Source: Phoronis australis (taxonomy: Eukaryota > Animalia > Phoronida). From it: 64,000 bases of DNA. The notes beneath the pieces were generated by a model that saw only the letters and a program-made list of their open reading frames with translations, searched no databases and had not been told where the DNA came from. Shown here piece by piece: positions 36,929 to 50,526 of the stretch. Location of the stretch: positions 823,092-887,091 of the forward strand of contig NMRA01000068.1 of the NCBI GenBank assembly GCA_002633005.1, written 5' to 3'. The number at the start of each line of letters is the position of its first letter. The stretch's first letter is position 1. Position numbers and translations under genes: made by a program.

Positions 36929-37742
36929 CACTTAGTGTACCTAATTATCGGACGGAACCTAAATATCGGACATTTCATAAAATCTTACCTGAAGCATAAT
37001 CTGAGAATTAAATGACACCAATTTTTGTTCCGTTGTAATGCACTCAATGTCCGGCACCGTCTCGTTTTTTACAGCGTTGCCTCGTTTTGATTTCACCGAG
37101 AGAGGGTGCAGTTTAGACCCCCAAGTCGGCCTAAAATGGACGATCGCATAAATCGGTTATAAAAGTTGAAAACAAAATATTTTTCCACTATGAAACCATC
37201 TCGTTGAACTGACAATATGTCACTGTTCCATTTTTTTCATTTGTTTTTAAACTCAAGTCAAACCCCGACCGCGCACGTGCGGGTGTCATATCAAGAAGCC
37301 AAAGAGATACTGCAGTGAGTTTGCACGTGCTTTAGTCGTCTGCACTAATTCATCGAAACGACTTGACACCGTCATCAGATTTCATTTATGGATAATTTTG
37401 TTGGGAATTTACCTGTGTTCTAGGAGCATACATGTCAAAACAGTCGAGCTGAAATTTGGCTACAAGGTGCCCGCAGCCATTACGTGGTTACTCAGTTTTC
37501 CGCGGTGTGGCATATGGGGAAACATGGTGTCCGATATTTAGGTTCTCCGAAGGTTTGCTGGTTGTGTTTTTTAAAGATCAGACGAAACATGAATGTGGCT
37601 TTCAGTGACAAGATATAGTAACAGAACAATTCAGTGAAGGTAAGTCTTTATTTCAGCAAAGAATTTGTAACAATCCGTAGTATTTTCAAATAAATATAAT
37701 GCAAAATGTGCCAAAACGTCCGATAATTAGGTCACTTGACTT
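36929..37742. mobile_element. Tc1/pogo-type MITE
   Basis: TA-flanked. ACCTAATTATCGGACG at the left end and CGTCCGATAATTAGGT at the right end, plus an inner CCTAAATATCGGAC / GTCCGATATTTAGG pair. Confidence 0.65.
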
Positions 37743-39789
37743 TATAAGAAACAAAGCCTAAAGGTTGGACACTAAAACTTTGCCAAGCCGAGGCTCCCAA
37801 CTTCAACTGTCCAAAATCCAAATAAACTCTGCGTGCACCTCCCTCAGTATGGTATTGCATAAACCTTCGAAGCCTTATCTTTCCTAGATCCCATTAACTG
37901 TCTTCGTGAGTGGTGAATTGGCGATGGAATTTCCAAAACAATCTCAGAACTCGGAATTCAAGGACCTAAAATATTAAACAATAACATGGCGGATTTCAGT
38001 TGTGCTTCAACTTGTATGCCTGTCGTAGGTGAAACATTGATTTTGAGCAAGCATCCTATATTTCAAATTCGATAATTCTAATCCAAAACTCAGACAACTA
38101 ATCGAGAATGTTAAAGTTAGTATTTTAATGATTATTTGTAACTATTCCAATGACGGCTCATTGTAGCCCTTAACTTAGAATTTCATTGCATAAACTGGCG
38201 TATCTTGTTTCTCATCTTGACATCACACACTTTTTTTGATTGAAGCACAACACACACTCGGCCAGGAAACGCAGTCCGTGGAAGTATTACAATGCGCGTG
38301 GCCGACGAGTTAACTCAATGGTTTTGGCCAAAAGTAAAACCTTCATGAGAAATCACAGTACACAAAAAAACTTTGCATATCAATACAGTATCAGGATTAT
38401 TTGTATTTGACACAAATATCTCTGAGTAGTTACATTTATTAGGCAATGATATTTTTAAAGTGCTTGCTGCTTCTCATGACCAAGTAGTCGAGGGATTGAC
38501 GACGCGCGAAATTAGACTTTCGGATTTAGCTCGGGAGCGTCCGTCAAAAACCCGGATGTGCTAAGACCGTCTGCCATGACATCACAGAATAAGTTCCTTG
38601 AATTTGTGATTTTGGCATTCTTTTGGCAAATCACCACTCGAAGGCAGTTTGAAGAGATCAAATGAAAGAAGGTATTCTAAGAGTTGTTCGATGCTAGTTT
38701 CGTGGAGTTCCATGCACATTTGAGTAGAAAATTTTGAGGAAACAGATTTCGAGTGTCCAACCTTTATGTTTTTTACATGTAGTAGTGAGTGACATCATTT
38801 GCGATCGAGGAACAGATAAACCCAAGCGCCTGTGAATAAACACATACCATGACTCTGGATACAATTAAGTCAGCTAAACTTGAACAAAGCGATGAAAATC
38901 TGTCGCGGTTTGCTCGAGTTTCTCTTACCGGGTGCCATTTTGGGGAAGTTAACTTTGAATTATCTTATGTGGACCACAATGCCAATGGCATGTTTTTGAT
39001 CAAAATCGGCCCCCATTTGCCAAAGATCCGCCTACATATCCATATTAAAGCAAGTTACACATTCCCGTGGAATTGCATTAATGCGTGTAAATTTAATGTT
39101 ATTATAGTCCGGATACCTATCGTCGTCAGGCTCCAGTGGTCGTCTGCCATCTTTCTTGTGCATCGCAGCCACGCAGGACTTAACGTTCCAGTTTGGAACG
39201 CTCGTTTGCTCATCAATTACTGACTTATTGGAAGAGATACGCACCAAAGAAATGAGACAAAAATCGGTGAGTTTACTGATTGATTTTTAAAACCACTTAA
39301 AAATTAGTAGATTTTACTAATACACTTTTTTGTGCGTTTTCAGATGTTTGCGAAATTGTATCTTCTTCTAACGGGACACAAAACATGATCCAGGGTTTGC
39401 TTATGCAATGTATCTATTTGTCCCAGGCACTAGTAGGATCTGGAAGGCCAAAGGAAAAATCCGCAGACAAATGCAATACGCTGGGTGCTTAATGTCTTTG
39501 CCTCACGCATTGGCCATTAAACTGCATTAAAGTGTTAGCTATGTGGCTTTTATTGTAAACCACTGCAGAGCTCAACATTAAAGCCGAAAATTGTTATTCA
39601 TACATTTTAATTTTAGTTAAAGAAATTTGAAATACTTGATCAACAATAAAATAAATTATTATATTTATTTCATTATATGGCAGTGACGCATACAACATAA
39701 CATGACATTACTAAAATTAAAAATAAGAAACTATTGAGTAAACAGTAAACCAAAACCGTAAGGTGGGTATTTATTTTTTATTGTTACAG

Positions 39790-41550
39790 AAGCCTGTAAA
39801 AAGTGGGAAAAAAAAGATCAAACAATATGACATTGGCAATTTATTGGAAGCCTACCAAAAGGTAGTTGAAGATGGTCTTTCGGTAAGAGGTGCTGCAAAA
39901 AAATTTAGTGTGCCAGTTACAACACTGCGTGACAGAGTTAACGGGAAAATTGACCATGAGTGTGTCACCATGGGTGTTCCTCCCATCTTCAGTATGGAGC
40001 AAGAGGCCATGATGGTGAAGCATCTGAGAGATATGGCTACCCTAGGTTATGGTTACTCAAGACAGGAAGTGCTAGATGTAGCCACCGAATGGGCATTGTC
40101 AGAGGGTCTTCGAGAAACTGGGAAACGGCTGTCATTAAGATGGTTCCAAGGTTTTGTAAAACGTTGGCCAGAAATTAAAGTCATTAGAGCAAAGTCACTG
40201 GGTTTGGCCAGAGCCAAATCGGCAAACAAAGAAGCCATAGAATCTTACTTCAACGAGCTGCATACCACTCTACAGAAATACAATTTTCAAGAAAAACCAC
40301 ACCGAATATTCAACCTGGATGAAAAAGGAATCACCATAAATCAGAAACCACCGCGTGTTGTTGCCGCCGCGAACTGTCCTCCGCAGGCAGTGACATCAGG
40401 GCGGTCAACAACGACAACAGTCTTGGGCTGTGGGAATGCTGTAGGATTCGCACTTCCTCCTTATTTTGTATTTAAAGGAAAGCGTTTCAGCTCGGACCTC
40501 ATTCATGATTGTACTCCTGGAGCATCTGGAACAATATCCGACAGTGGTTGTTCGAACACCCAAATTTTTCTCAAGTACCTCCAAGAACACTTCGTGAAAT
40601 TTGTACCAGGTGGTTTGCAAGAGCCTGTGTTGTTGATTCTCGATGGCCATAGGTCCCATACAAATCTGGTAGTAGTTCAGTGGGCAAAGGACAACAACAT
40701 CATAATCTTGACTCTGCCAGCCCATACGTCTCATCTGCTGCAGCCTCTCGATGTCAGCTGCTATGGGCCAATGGAGGAGATTTACAACAACTTATGCCAC
40801 GTGTTAATCAAGGAAACGAAGGCTGGCATCTCACGCTACGATGTTTCTTCTCTGGGAAGTAAGGCATACATCAAAGCATTATCTACTGAAAACCTTATTT
40901 CTGGCTTCCGCAAATGTGGAATATTCCCATTTGACTCAACAGTTGTCCCTGCAGAGAAGATAGCCCCATCGACAGTTTCCATGGCTTCATCCACTGTAAC
41001 CACTGAAGTCAGTTGACCCAACCTGGACTTGTTTTCTGAATGTTGGAACAATTGTATCGAAGTCAAATGATCAACTTCCATTAACCAAGTCTCAAAAGAT
41101 TGAAGTTCTGTTTTGGTTGGCAAGGTGTTACTGGAGAATGAAGAAATACTGAAAAGAAAATAGAGGATAACAGATATAAAAAGTGTCACTGACAGCAAGA
41201 GCAAAAGAAATGTAATCAAGAGGTCACAAACAGAAAGTGAACCAGCTGGTTCATCTGGAATAAAGAAACCGTGGGCAACAGTACAGTCAGCAAATTCGGA
41301 TAGCAGTGACGGTGCTGACTCAGAAGCAGGAGATGCGGTATGCTGTGCATGTCAGAAGGGGTCGCCGCCACAGCATCGCCACTGCCCATCACTGGTTATA
41401 CTGAGCTGGGGAAGATGTAGTTTTCCAAAGTGCGACCACTGGATGCACCTGAGATTTTGTTGCGATGTGCATGCTTTGAGGCGCCATGACAATTTATTCT
41501 GTACTTGTCACAACATTTCATGTTGCCAAAGCCAGCAACCAGAAGAATAG
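39790..41550 (+). mobile_element. pogo-superfamily DD35D transposase (HTH_psq + CENP-B HTH + DDE_1) with a disconnected C-terminal PHD-like finger
   Basis: Open from acceptor ttacag|AAG (39790) to TGA 41016: LSVRGAAKKFSVPVTTLRDR, WFQGFVKRWP, FNLDEKG, LILDGHRSH, HLLQPLDV (35 residues between the last two D). In the same frame, 41341-41550 encodes CCACQK..WGRCSFPKCDHWMHLRFC..FCTCH, after four in-frame stops. Confidence 0.9.
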
Positions 41551-43177
41551 ATATTTGAACAAGAAAACTGTTAGAATGTTAGCAACTTACAAGAGTGACT
41601 AATAAGTATTAATAGTATTAAGAACAAATAAAATGTTAGATTACTGTAAACTTGATAATGTTGTTGTTTGTTGTGATCATTTTATTGCTTAAATTTAAGA
41701 ATTAATTATTTCCCAAAAAGGAAATTCTGATCCAATTAAATCGAGTTTATGTCAATAAAAACAGTCTGTTGCAATTTTCATTACTTTGTTGGCATTTTTC
41801 TGCATGTTTCTCAGTTTGTACAAAAGGGGGCAGCATATGATGACCGTAGGTGTCACAATAAAAAGGCTGCCGAAAGCAATGCACAGTTGAAATAACTCAG
41901 CCCAAATTAAAGAAACCTTCCAAATCGATGAATGCGGTATATCTGTGAGAGTTAAATTGAATCCTATTCAGAGCATAACTTTGAAGTGGAATAATTCGGT
42001 GAGTACAACAACAAGTCCGTTTTATGCTTAGGCGGACGACCACTGGGTCCCCGAGTATACATTTCGTTTAATTGCTGTGGGCTTTAGAATGATTTTTTTG
42101 TCACAAGACTTTGCTGTGTAACCATCTGCTTTCCAGAAAATCTATGGCATTACTTAGCACGCAAAAATTTTACTTCCCGAATATAGAAGTAAAGGAGTCA
42201 ATACGTGGATAATTTTGTTATGGGACCCCTGATAGTGGAATAAATAAAATTGTAACACCAAGCATCACTATACCAAGAAACAAAGCTAGCAGTACAGATG
42301 TGCCACTCTCTGCACACTTCAAAATAGTTCCATTTTAGAACACAACAGTCTGTGACCCAGCGGAATTTTCATGCTAGGTCTTAGTTAACAGTTGTGTAAA
42401 CAATCTACCCCAGTGGACTGAGTGAGCTCACACCCTGAGGGAAATGGTGCACACTCTTTCACAATGCTACGAATGGTAGCTCTGTGGAATGTTTATCATG
42501 GCTTCTCATTGGTTAAAGTAATGAAACTGACGTCATAACATTCAGTCATTCCCATTGGTTGAAATCTGGGAAACCCCTTTCAGTTTACTGTTATGTAGTA
42601 TAGCGACCACCTTTGACTTGACTAGTTCCAATTTATTAAGATGGGGAGTGATCGAAGTAAACAAAATCAAGGGAACCCCGATCCCGTGGCTAAACCCAAA
42701 CAACTACTGTGCGTTGAAGGCGTGTTAAAGTGGTGGCGATGTGATCGATAAACTTTTGACCTAGCATGCGCATTGATGCCCACACTCGGAATTCTGTGTG
42801 TCATTCATCATGTTTTCACAGGGCCACTTTTCAGTATAGGTTGTGCTGTGTCAGAGGGTACTGTCAGTGTACTGTAGGCAATTGGATCGCTGACATACAC
42901 AGGCGATGGTATACTCCCATAAAATTAGCTCGTGTCGAAATACAGTGAATAATATCTAATGAAACATGCATACCAGTAAGCACATTGAGTTATAATTAAT
43001 ACATACCATGACTGTGGAGACAATTTAGTCAAATTTGAACATATCAATGAAAATCTGCAGTGGTTCACTTTTTGCAAGTATGTCATGCTCAAGGTTACGC
43101 TGTTGTGACACGAGACTTCCGGGTGTGACGGACAGCCAGCTAAAGCCTCTCTAAATCGCCTGTCAAGTAGCAGTTGC

Positions 43178-43250
43178 CTCTTGGGTGAACGGTTTATACA
43201 CTCGGCTCTCACATGTGTAACCTGGGTTCAAGTTCTGGTGTGGGAGAAAT
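43178..43250 (+). mobile_element. Degenerate tRNA-derived SINE head
   Basis: A-box-like TGGGTGAACGG followed by B-box-like GGTTCAAGTTC. Confidence 0.4.
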
Positions 43251-43386
43251 TTTCTTCAACATGCTTTGCTCAGTCTCATGCTTGCCCTTGCCTAATTTGC
43301 GCACCGAAAAAGTTAACAGCAACTAAAAAGTAGAGTTGGAATTCTTGGCCAAAGTCGCTTTAATACCTGTAGACATGCTTCATATG

Positions 43387-44291
43387 TGTCAGAATAAATA
43401 TTGATTAAGTAATTAGTAAGAATAGATCCATTTTAAGTTGCCCAAAATTTGTGCATACCGGGGTATGTACATTTAAATCATGGGGTCAGACTTGTTGACA
43501 TGTATTTTAACGTCAATCTGTTTTTAGATGGTGTTTACAACTTTGGGTTCTGGGGTCAAAGTACTCTAGAGATTCTAGAATATTCTGAGAACAAATTGTA
43601 ACAGCCAATAATACGAGTGGATATAATCATGTGGTTTTTATTAGCCAATCACTAAATAAGTAGAATGTTATATTATGGGCTGAAATCAGCAAGATAATCA
43701 GATGCGCTAAAGTAGTTGAAGCATAAAGACTTGCTACGGTGTACAGAAGCAGTTGTACGACAGAGCCATCTCGTGGAAGATTCTAGAAAGGATCTTGGCA
43801 AGGGCAAGGGTTAACGAACCAGAAGTTAACTAAGAGCTTGTCACTTGCATTGTGGGTAGTAAGATACTACCTGAAGTGTTGCGTCATCAGCCAGAGACTG
43901 TGACCAGCAAGAAGAGTCGCGGGTAGAAGAAATTGCCTGCAAGTGTTGCATCACCAGAGACGGTGACCAGCAAGTACACTGTCGCTATACAGTGTGTGTG
44001 TAGTTCGAAGATTCACCAACAGGACAGACATCCAACAAGTGGAGAGTCCTAGCTTGGATAGCAGATAAGACATTTGATCGTTTGGTTGCCGATTAAAGTA
44101 ATCTTTAAAGAGGGCGCTAGCGTAGTTTATCTTTGTAGTTGATTACTTAATTAACAATAGGTTTCATTTGTCTAATTAGGGGTTATCATATAATCAATTA
44201 ATTACTGGATTTGATTATTCACTCTCCATCTACGCACAACTTCAAAGCATAGCTACCTTTTAAACAAACCCACACAGACTATCGTCTGACA
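43387..44291. mobile_element. Solo LTR (905 bp)
   Basis: TGTCAGA...TCTGACA termini and a perfect 5-bp TSD ATATG (43382-43386, 44292-44296). A near-identical inverted copy lies at 58377-59025. Confidence 0.88.
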
Positions 44292-46555
44292 ATATGAGTT
44301 GGGCAAGAAAGGATTGGTGAAGTAAGTACTAGTAAGTGCTTTTTAGATCAATCTTCAATATAAAATGTATTTTTGATGAGGTGAATACCCCTTACTCAGT
44401 GAGCGGATTTGGACTACCACTTGTTTAAAATACATGGGTTGAAATTAACATGGAGACCAATGTAGCCCCTGTATAACCAGACAAGGGTCCACGTGTTGCC
44501 TACAGTCAGTTCACAGCCACAGGCGAGTCTTTTGTAGCTCACTCAATTCGATGCAGCCAAAAATGTCTGCTTGGAAATACAAGTGACAACATATTTGCCA
44601 TTCGTTTTAGCCTGTCAAAAATGACGGCCAAAAAAAATGTTGGGCGTAGGCTCAGCACCTGTACGAGTGAATCATTTGCCCATATTTTAAATCATTTGAC
44701 TCACAATTCTCTCTGGAGCACTGGTCCCAGGGACATTGTCTTGTTAGCATCTTACCTAGCACAGCCTCATGTTACGCTAAAAATTATTTGTCAAAAAAAC
44801 ACATTCTTTTGTCGCATTTGTTTGAGCAAAATCATTAAAATATGAAGCTGAAGCAACACGTAACAGGTGTTGTGCATGTGACATTTGTGGCTGACCTATA
44901 TTTTCCGTATCTAGGGCACTAAAGGAACAAACTCGAATCGCCCTATAATTGAATTCCGAACCAATTTAAGTATTTCAAGGCATTTTATTTTATGCAAAAT
45001 TAGTTATTGAAGATTGTGATGACATTCATGTGGCAGGTCAGTCCTAGAATTTGATGTTTTTTCGACGTGTGTTTTCTGCTACCCTGTTGGTTAGAGAGCG
45101 CCAATTGGAACTTTCGCGTCGGCAACTAGCCTTACGGTCACTTCGAGTCTGTACTTTCATTCCAAAGGTCATGATGAATCTCTGGCTTGGGTGGTTAAGT
45201 GCCCACATCTGGATGTTCAGCTTCACCAGCCGCCAGGGCTTTATCACTGTTAATGTGAATGTTTAAGTGGAAATTCTCAAATCAGGTGGTGGAGAATGCT
45301 GGACAGGATTACAGGTGTATAGCCAAACGTGTGATTGCCGCATGACCAAAAAATAAACGCCTAATGCCCGCTTGTCGCCAGTATGAATGTATGAACGATA
45401 CAAGTGAGGTCAAATTCAGCTGTTGACTAAATAATTGTTAACCATGCTCATTTGCTTTGAAGTTCATCTATTTCCGTATGACGTTATTGTGTACATTACA
45501 TACAATAATATTAGCTTTTGCAATGTCTTTGGTGAGTTTACCATATTTTGGAATAAATTAAAAACTTAGACTATCCTGTCAAACTTCAAGGCTATATGAT
45601 GTGGATAGGAACCGATATGGAAGCAAACCTTTTTATTGCAACTGTCATTCAATGTATTCAAAATATGTCTTAAATTGTCGAGTTTGCATACTTTGAAGTA
45701 GCAATTAGTTCTCTATATCACTACGATGACAATCTTGTGGTACACAATCTATCATTTACAATCAACAGCGCTTACATATCACAAAAGTTTCATAGCTCTT
45801 GGGATTGACAATAACGTGCAGCATTTCGCTGTGTGGACTGGGGGAGACGAAACTTCACTCTGAGTTTTAGCACTATGAATGCAGGATGCCATAAGATCTT
45901 CGGTTGTTCTGGCTTTTAAGGTAAGATTGATATGATTGGTTAAAAAGTGTATTGCTTGGAACTGGGTTTCTTTCAAGTTTAAAGATAAGTGGCAAGAAGT
46001 TTTAGTATGTCTAAAATTTTTTTAAATTGCCATTTGATCTTTTGAACACGCGTGCGGTGAAGTTAGTAGTGAATGGTCAACATGAAGAAAAGAAGTTTGA
46101 TCTTCATTGCATGTTCCTGCATGGTTTTAGGCTATTGAAAAACAGTTCCAGGTCCTTGAGAATTCCGTTAGAAAAAAGAAAGGTCGCATTTGGTGCCAAA
46201 AATGTTTTTCAAGGTCTACTTACATATAGATTGTAACATTGTATGGAATATGAACATTATATGGAATGAGCGTGATTAGGCACATACTATGGTCATCTTC
46301 ATTACTACTTGTGTGAATTGCATATCAATAAAATCTGAGGTATGACAGTGTTAGATATACCTGGACAAACAACCTTGACAGTACCCAGAAGCTGAATCAC
46401 ATAAATGTTGTGACTTTTCACTTAGTAATTGCAATCTTGATTTTAAGTCAATTTCTTCTGCTCGACACCTAGATATAACCGTCTTTTAGCCAAAAATATA
46501 TCATGGAGGCACATTTACGATAAAGCTTGTTAAATTCTGGACTGTACCATTTTTA

Positions 46556-49075
46556 ATCATTTATCATTTATTGTACATCGTAGGCTTTGCCTACTCATAC
46601 ATAAATACATAAATTCAAACGTATATTCAGAGTATTTACACAGAGAGCAGTTCTCTTAAAGCCATAGCCTTCTGAATATACAATGCAAGGCACTGGATAC
46701 TGTCATGATTTTTCTGTTGGAATAACCTAACGAGAGAATAGTTAACATTTACAAGCTCTGGTAGAAGATTTCTTCTAAGGTCTCCAAGAACAGGGCATGG
46801 ACAAATGAAATGAGGCTCATCTCCAATTTCACCGAGACAGCATATGCCGCATATTCTCCCACTTCTAGGAATACCCATATGTCTTCCTTTCTCTATATTA
46901 AGTGAGTGACCTAGGAATACCCATATGTCTCCCTTTCTCTATATTAAGTGAGTGTTCTTAACATCGAAATTGCACAAGTATTCTTCTCGAATAAGCGCTT
47001 AAACAATTCACATATTGCTCGCTTACAAAATCACATTAATTTAATAAGACTATAAAATTCATATTTATTTGAGCTACCTATTTCCAGTTGCCATCATTAC
47101 AGCGTTCTGTCATTCAGTTACTTTTCCAGACGTGAGGGGTGCTGAACGTGCGATAACATTTGGCTCTTTTGTTAACTGCCCAGCTCAGCCTTTTGTCCCA
47201 TATGATAACAAGCAGGCCAATTATCTCCCAGACTTCAATGGAAATGTATAGTGGTTGCACGCTATTACCGAACGCGAACACAGTCAAACCCAGAACGTTG
47301 ATAACCCCTTTGGACAGAATGGATTGTCTTAACTTCTGTTGTAGTTGGGCGATGTTGGTGATTCAAAGACGGAACGTGATCAGCATTTGACGAGGAATTC
47401 AGAAATGCTATTGGTTTAAGCTCAAATATGTTTTAACTTAACTTTCATTTTTATCAGCCCATCCCAGTCAGGCTAGATAAGATCTGAAGGGAGATTAGAG
47501 CAATTATCGAACAAAAGAGCGCAGGCCCTCCAACCATATATGCCAGAATGGAGTTAATCACTTGTGTAAGATATTGGCTATGGGGGTAAACTTCCCAACT
47601 TGTTATTGGGCTATAGAATCGAACAAGTTGGGAGCAACGGGATGTCGCCGTCATGATTCCTGTACGCCACAATCTAGTAATCTCTGTTTAAATACCATAA
47701 TAAATTAGCACTATTGCCTGGGCCAAATAACCACACTTCTCCATAGCCTTACCTATACAAAATTTCGTTGACACGGTTGGCCCACTTACAATTACCATTT
47801 TCACTTTGTTCCCTAAGCATTCTATAACACTTCAGTGGGTGCCTGTGTTCTTCCGTACCAAGTAATTGTGTCCAATAGATAATTGGTTTACACATACATT
47901 TTGTAATTAACAATTGTCTCCCACATTCACCGCAAGCTATAGCATTTGGCGTTTTAATACTCAATCTCAGAACATATTTACAGAAATCATTATGAACTTT
48001 TCAATAGATTCACACATTGATGTTCCCCATATTTCTGCACCATATGTTAATATGGGCATTATCATAGAGTCAAAGAGTTTAAAATGCACTCCATGGGAAA
48101 TACAGTTAAATTTTGACAGAGTGGCTTTAATAACGCTCATTGCTTTTCGAGCTTGGCTTGCAAGTACTCTACAACACTTGGTCCATTTAAGTCTGCAGGA
48201 GAATGACTCCTAGTTACTTGTAGTACGATTTGGTATCTACTTTCTTGTCTCCAAAAACCCACCTTTCATTATTTGAAAGTAGGCCCCCTGGCTTAAATAC
48301 CACAACATTCGTTTTCTCCAAGTTTAACTTGCAAGTTCCAATCTCGACAAAACTTTTCGAGGACATTGAGCTTCATCTGTAGCCCGGCAACAGTATTCGA
48401 CACCAGCACTAAATCATCAGCAAAAAACAGAGAACCTATATCACAACCCGGAGAGACACCTATACCCCTGCCTACAATTTCTCTAATATCAAACACTAGT
48501 GTGCTAACAAACACCGAGAACAGCCAGGGACTTAAAACACATCCTTGCCGGACACCGACTGTACAGTTTAAATAGGGCGTGGTCTGGGGACTGTACCATA
48601 ACACACGATTGTATAGAGTTGTACATACTGCTCAAAATGTTAAACATTTTTCCATGCAAACCTTTGGTTAAAAGGGCATAAAATAAACGGGAAATATCTA
48701 CACTATCAAGTGCCTTACTAAAATCGACGATATACTTTCCCCTTGCGTTTAGTGACATGTTTCTGGATGATACACTGCAGGTTAAAAATGTTATCGATTG
48801 TAGAGTACCCAGTCCGAAAGCCTGCTTGTTCTTCCGGGTTACATTTCGTGTTATTTGACCATTCAACTATATGAGAATAAAGAATAGTTGTAAAAATTTT
48901 ATTAATACTATCTATAACGGAGATACCTCTGTAATTATTTGGATTGAATTTGTCTCCCTTTTTGTAACACGGCACAAAAATACTTTTTGACCATTGGGAT
49001 GGATAATGCCCGGTACTGTACCATTGTCTGAACAGAACCACCAAATTAGGCATAGTAAATCGCTGTGATTGGTCA
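46556..49075 (-). mobile_element. 5'-truncated, frameshifted non-LTR retrotransposon (RT + C-terminal CCHC; RTE/RTEX-like)
   Basis: WSKSIFVPCYKKGD..NYRGIS, EQAGFR..STIDNIF, VDFSKALDSV, GVRQGCVLSPWLF, LFFADDLVL and ICGICCLGEIGDEPHFICPCP, spread over several frames. Local 46-bp-period duplication at 46865-46954. Confidence 0.88.
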
Positions 49076-49590
49076 TATCATCTATATACATGTCCACACC
49101 TGTGTCCATGGATTGACCATGTGAGTTCTCATACATTGTCTAAGTTTCAAAGTGGACCTTTCTTCCATATGGCACTGTGGTGATATACACATACGGCTAC
49201 AGTGAAGATGTATCCACATAAAACAGAACAGCAACCATGATAGGTAACTCTTGAAACAACAGGTCATGGACACAGAATAGATTTTACTAACAACGTGTTT
49301 ATGGGGGATGTTTATGCAGTAGGACACATGTTTCAGAGTTGTGAATGTCTAGAATGTGAAAGTGGCTTCATATAAAACAAAGAACCCGGTGCTGATAGGA
49401 AAGTACAAACTAATATTTGTACTCGTTATTGGCTTACACGTTTAAAACACACAGTTGCTATTTAGGTTCGTGTAGAATTGATAAGGCATTTGATTTTAGT
49501 TTCATTCCCTCTTTTGTGCTTAAAGTGGCTTCAGCATTTGTTGTATAATGAACTCTTGTCATACCAACTGTAATTTCAGAATTCACCATA

Positions 49591-49716
49591 ATGGGAAAAG
49601 TAAAGAGAGCAAGGCAAAAATATCATGCAGCGCCTCTCAAATCTGGTTCTAAGCAAAGTGTCCAACAAGAGAGTCCATCAACAACAGATAGTGTTATGTT
49701 TATTGACTCAGGCAAG
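49591..49716 (+). CDS. SLX9: Ribosome biogenesis factor SLX9/FAM207A, first coding exon
   Basis: MGKVKRARQKYHAAP... resembles the FAM207A N-terminus; donor AAG|gtcagt. An acceptor tttcag| at 49579/49580 implies an upstream non-coding exon. Confidence 0.78.
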
Positions 49717-50526
49717 GTCAGTCCATTGACTGAAGCACATTCAACTTTCTGTTGTTTTGATCGAGTTTATTTGGTTGCTTGTTATTTCACATTCTAACTA
49801 TATCTACTCATTCCAAACACCTGTGTCCAGATAAAGAGTTGTGGGTTACTAATGATTTGAACAGACTACCACCTTTGTTTCTCGGAAGCTATTCCATTGG
49901 AAACTAGAAATCTGGCCAGATGTTTGGTGCTCATCAAATCTGTATGATGCTCTCTTTTCAATCGCTGACCTTTTGATCAGTATCACATCATCAAACCTAG
50001 GGTATAGCAACAATGCCAGACACCTGATCTTCATTTTATGCCAATTTTCTCAACTCCACACTCGGTACTTTTTCACCATCCCTTAGTATGTAGAAACTGT
50101 ATTGAGTTGGGTCTCATTAGAATCATCACTGTTGCCATACTGAAGTTTATTTTTTTTAAGTTTCCAAGGTCAGTAAGGAGCCAAGTGGATTGTTTTTGGT
50201 TGTTTATGTAAAAGTGTGGATATCATTCATTCAAGCATTTTAGTAACTAACGCTTTCATTTATATGTTTGCTAAATTTCTCTACTGGTTTTCAAGGTGTC
50301 GGAAAAGTGAAAAGTTTTATTTTGAAACCAAATTTTCTGATGATATAAGCTTGTTTCATGTCTGGTTTTCTGTTTAATTGAGTTATACCAAAAATGTTGC
50401 GTCATTTGTCTTTGCAGTCAACTAGTATAGAAACAGCAATTTTTGCAACATATTGTAATGTTAAGAGTAGCACTGTAGGAGATCTTGAAGCATTAGACAT
50501 GTATGTTCTGTTCAACTTTCATTGCA

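Noticed and set aside
39134-42045. CAGTGGTCGTCTGCC / GGCGGACGACCACTG as TIRs of the pogo element
   Set aside because: Only 14/15 match with no TA target duplication, which is compatible with chance.
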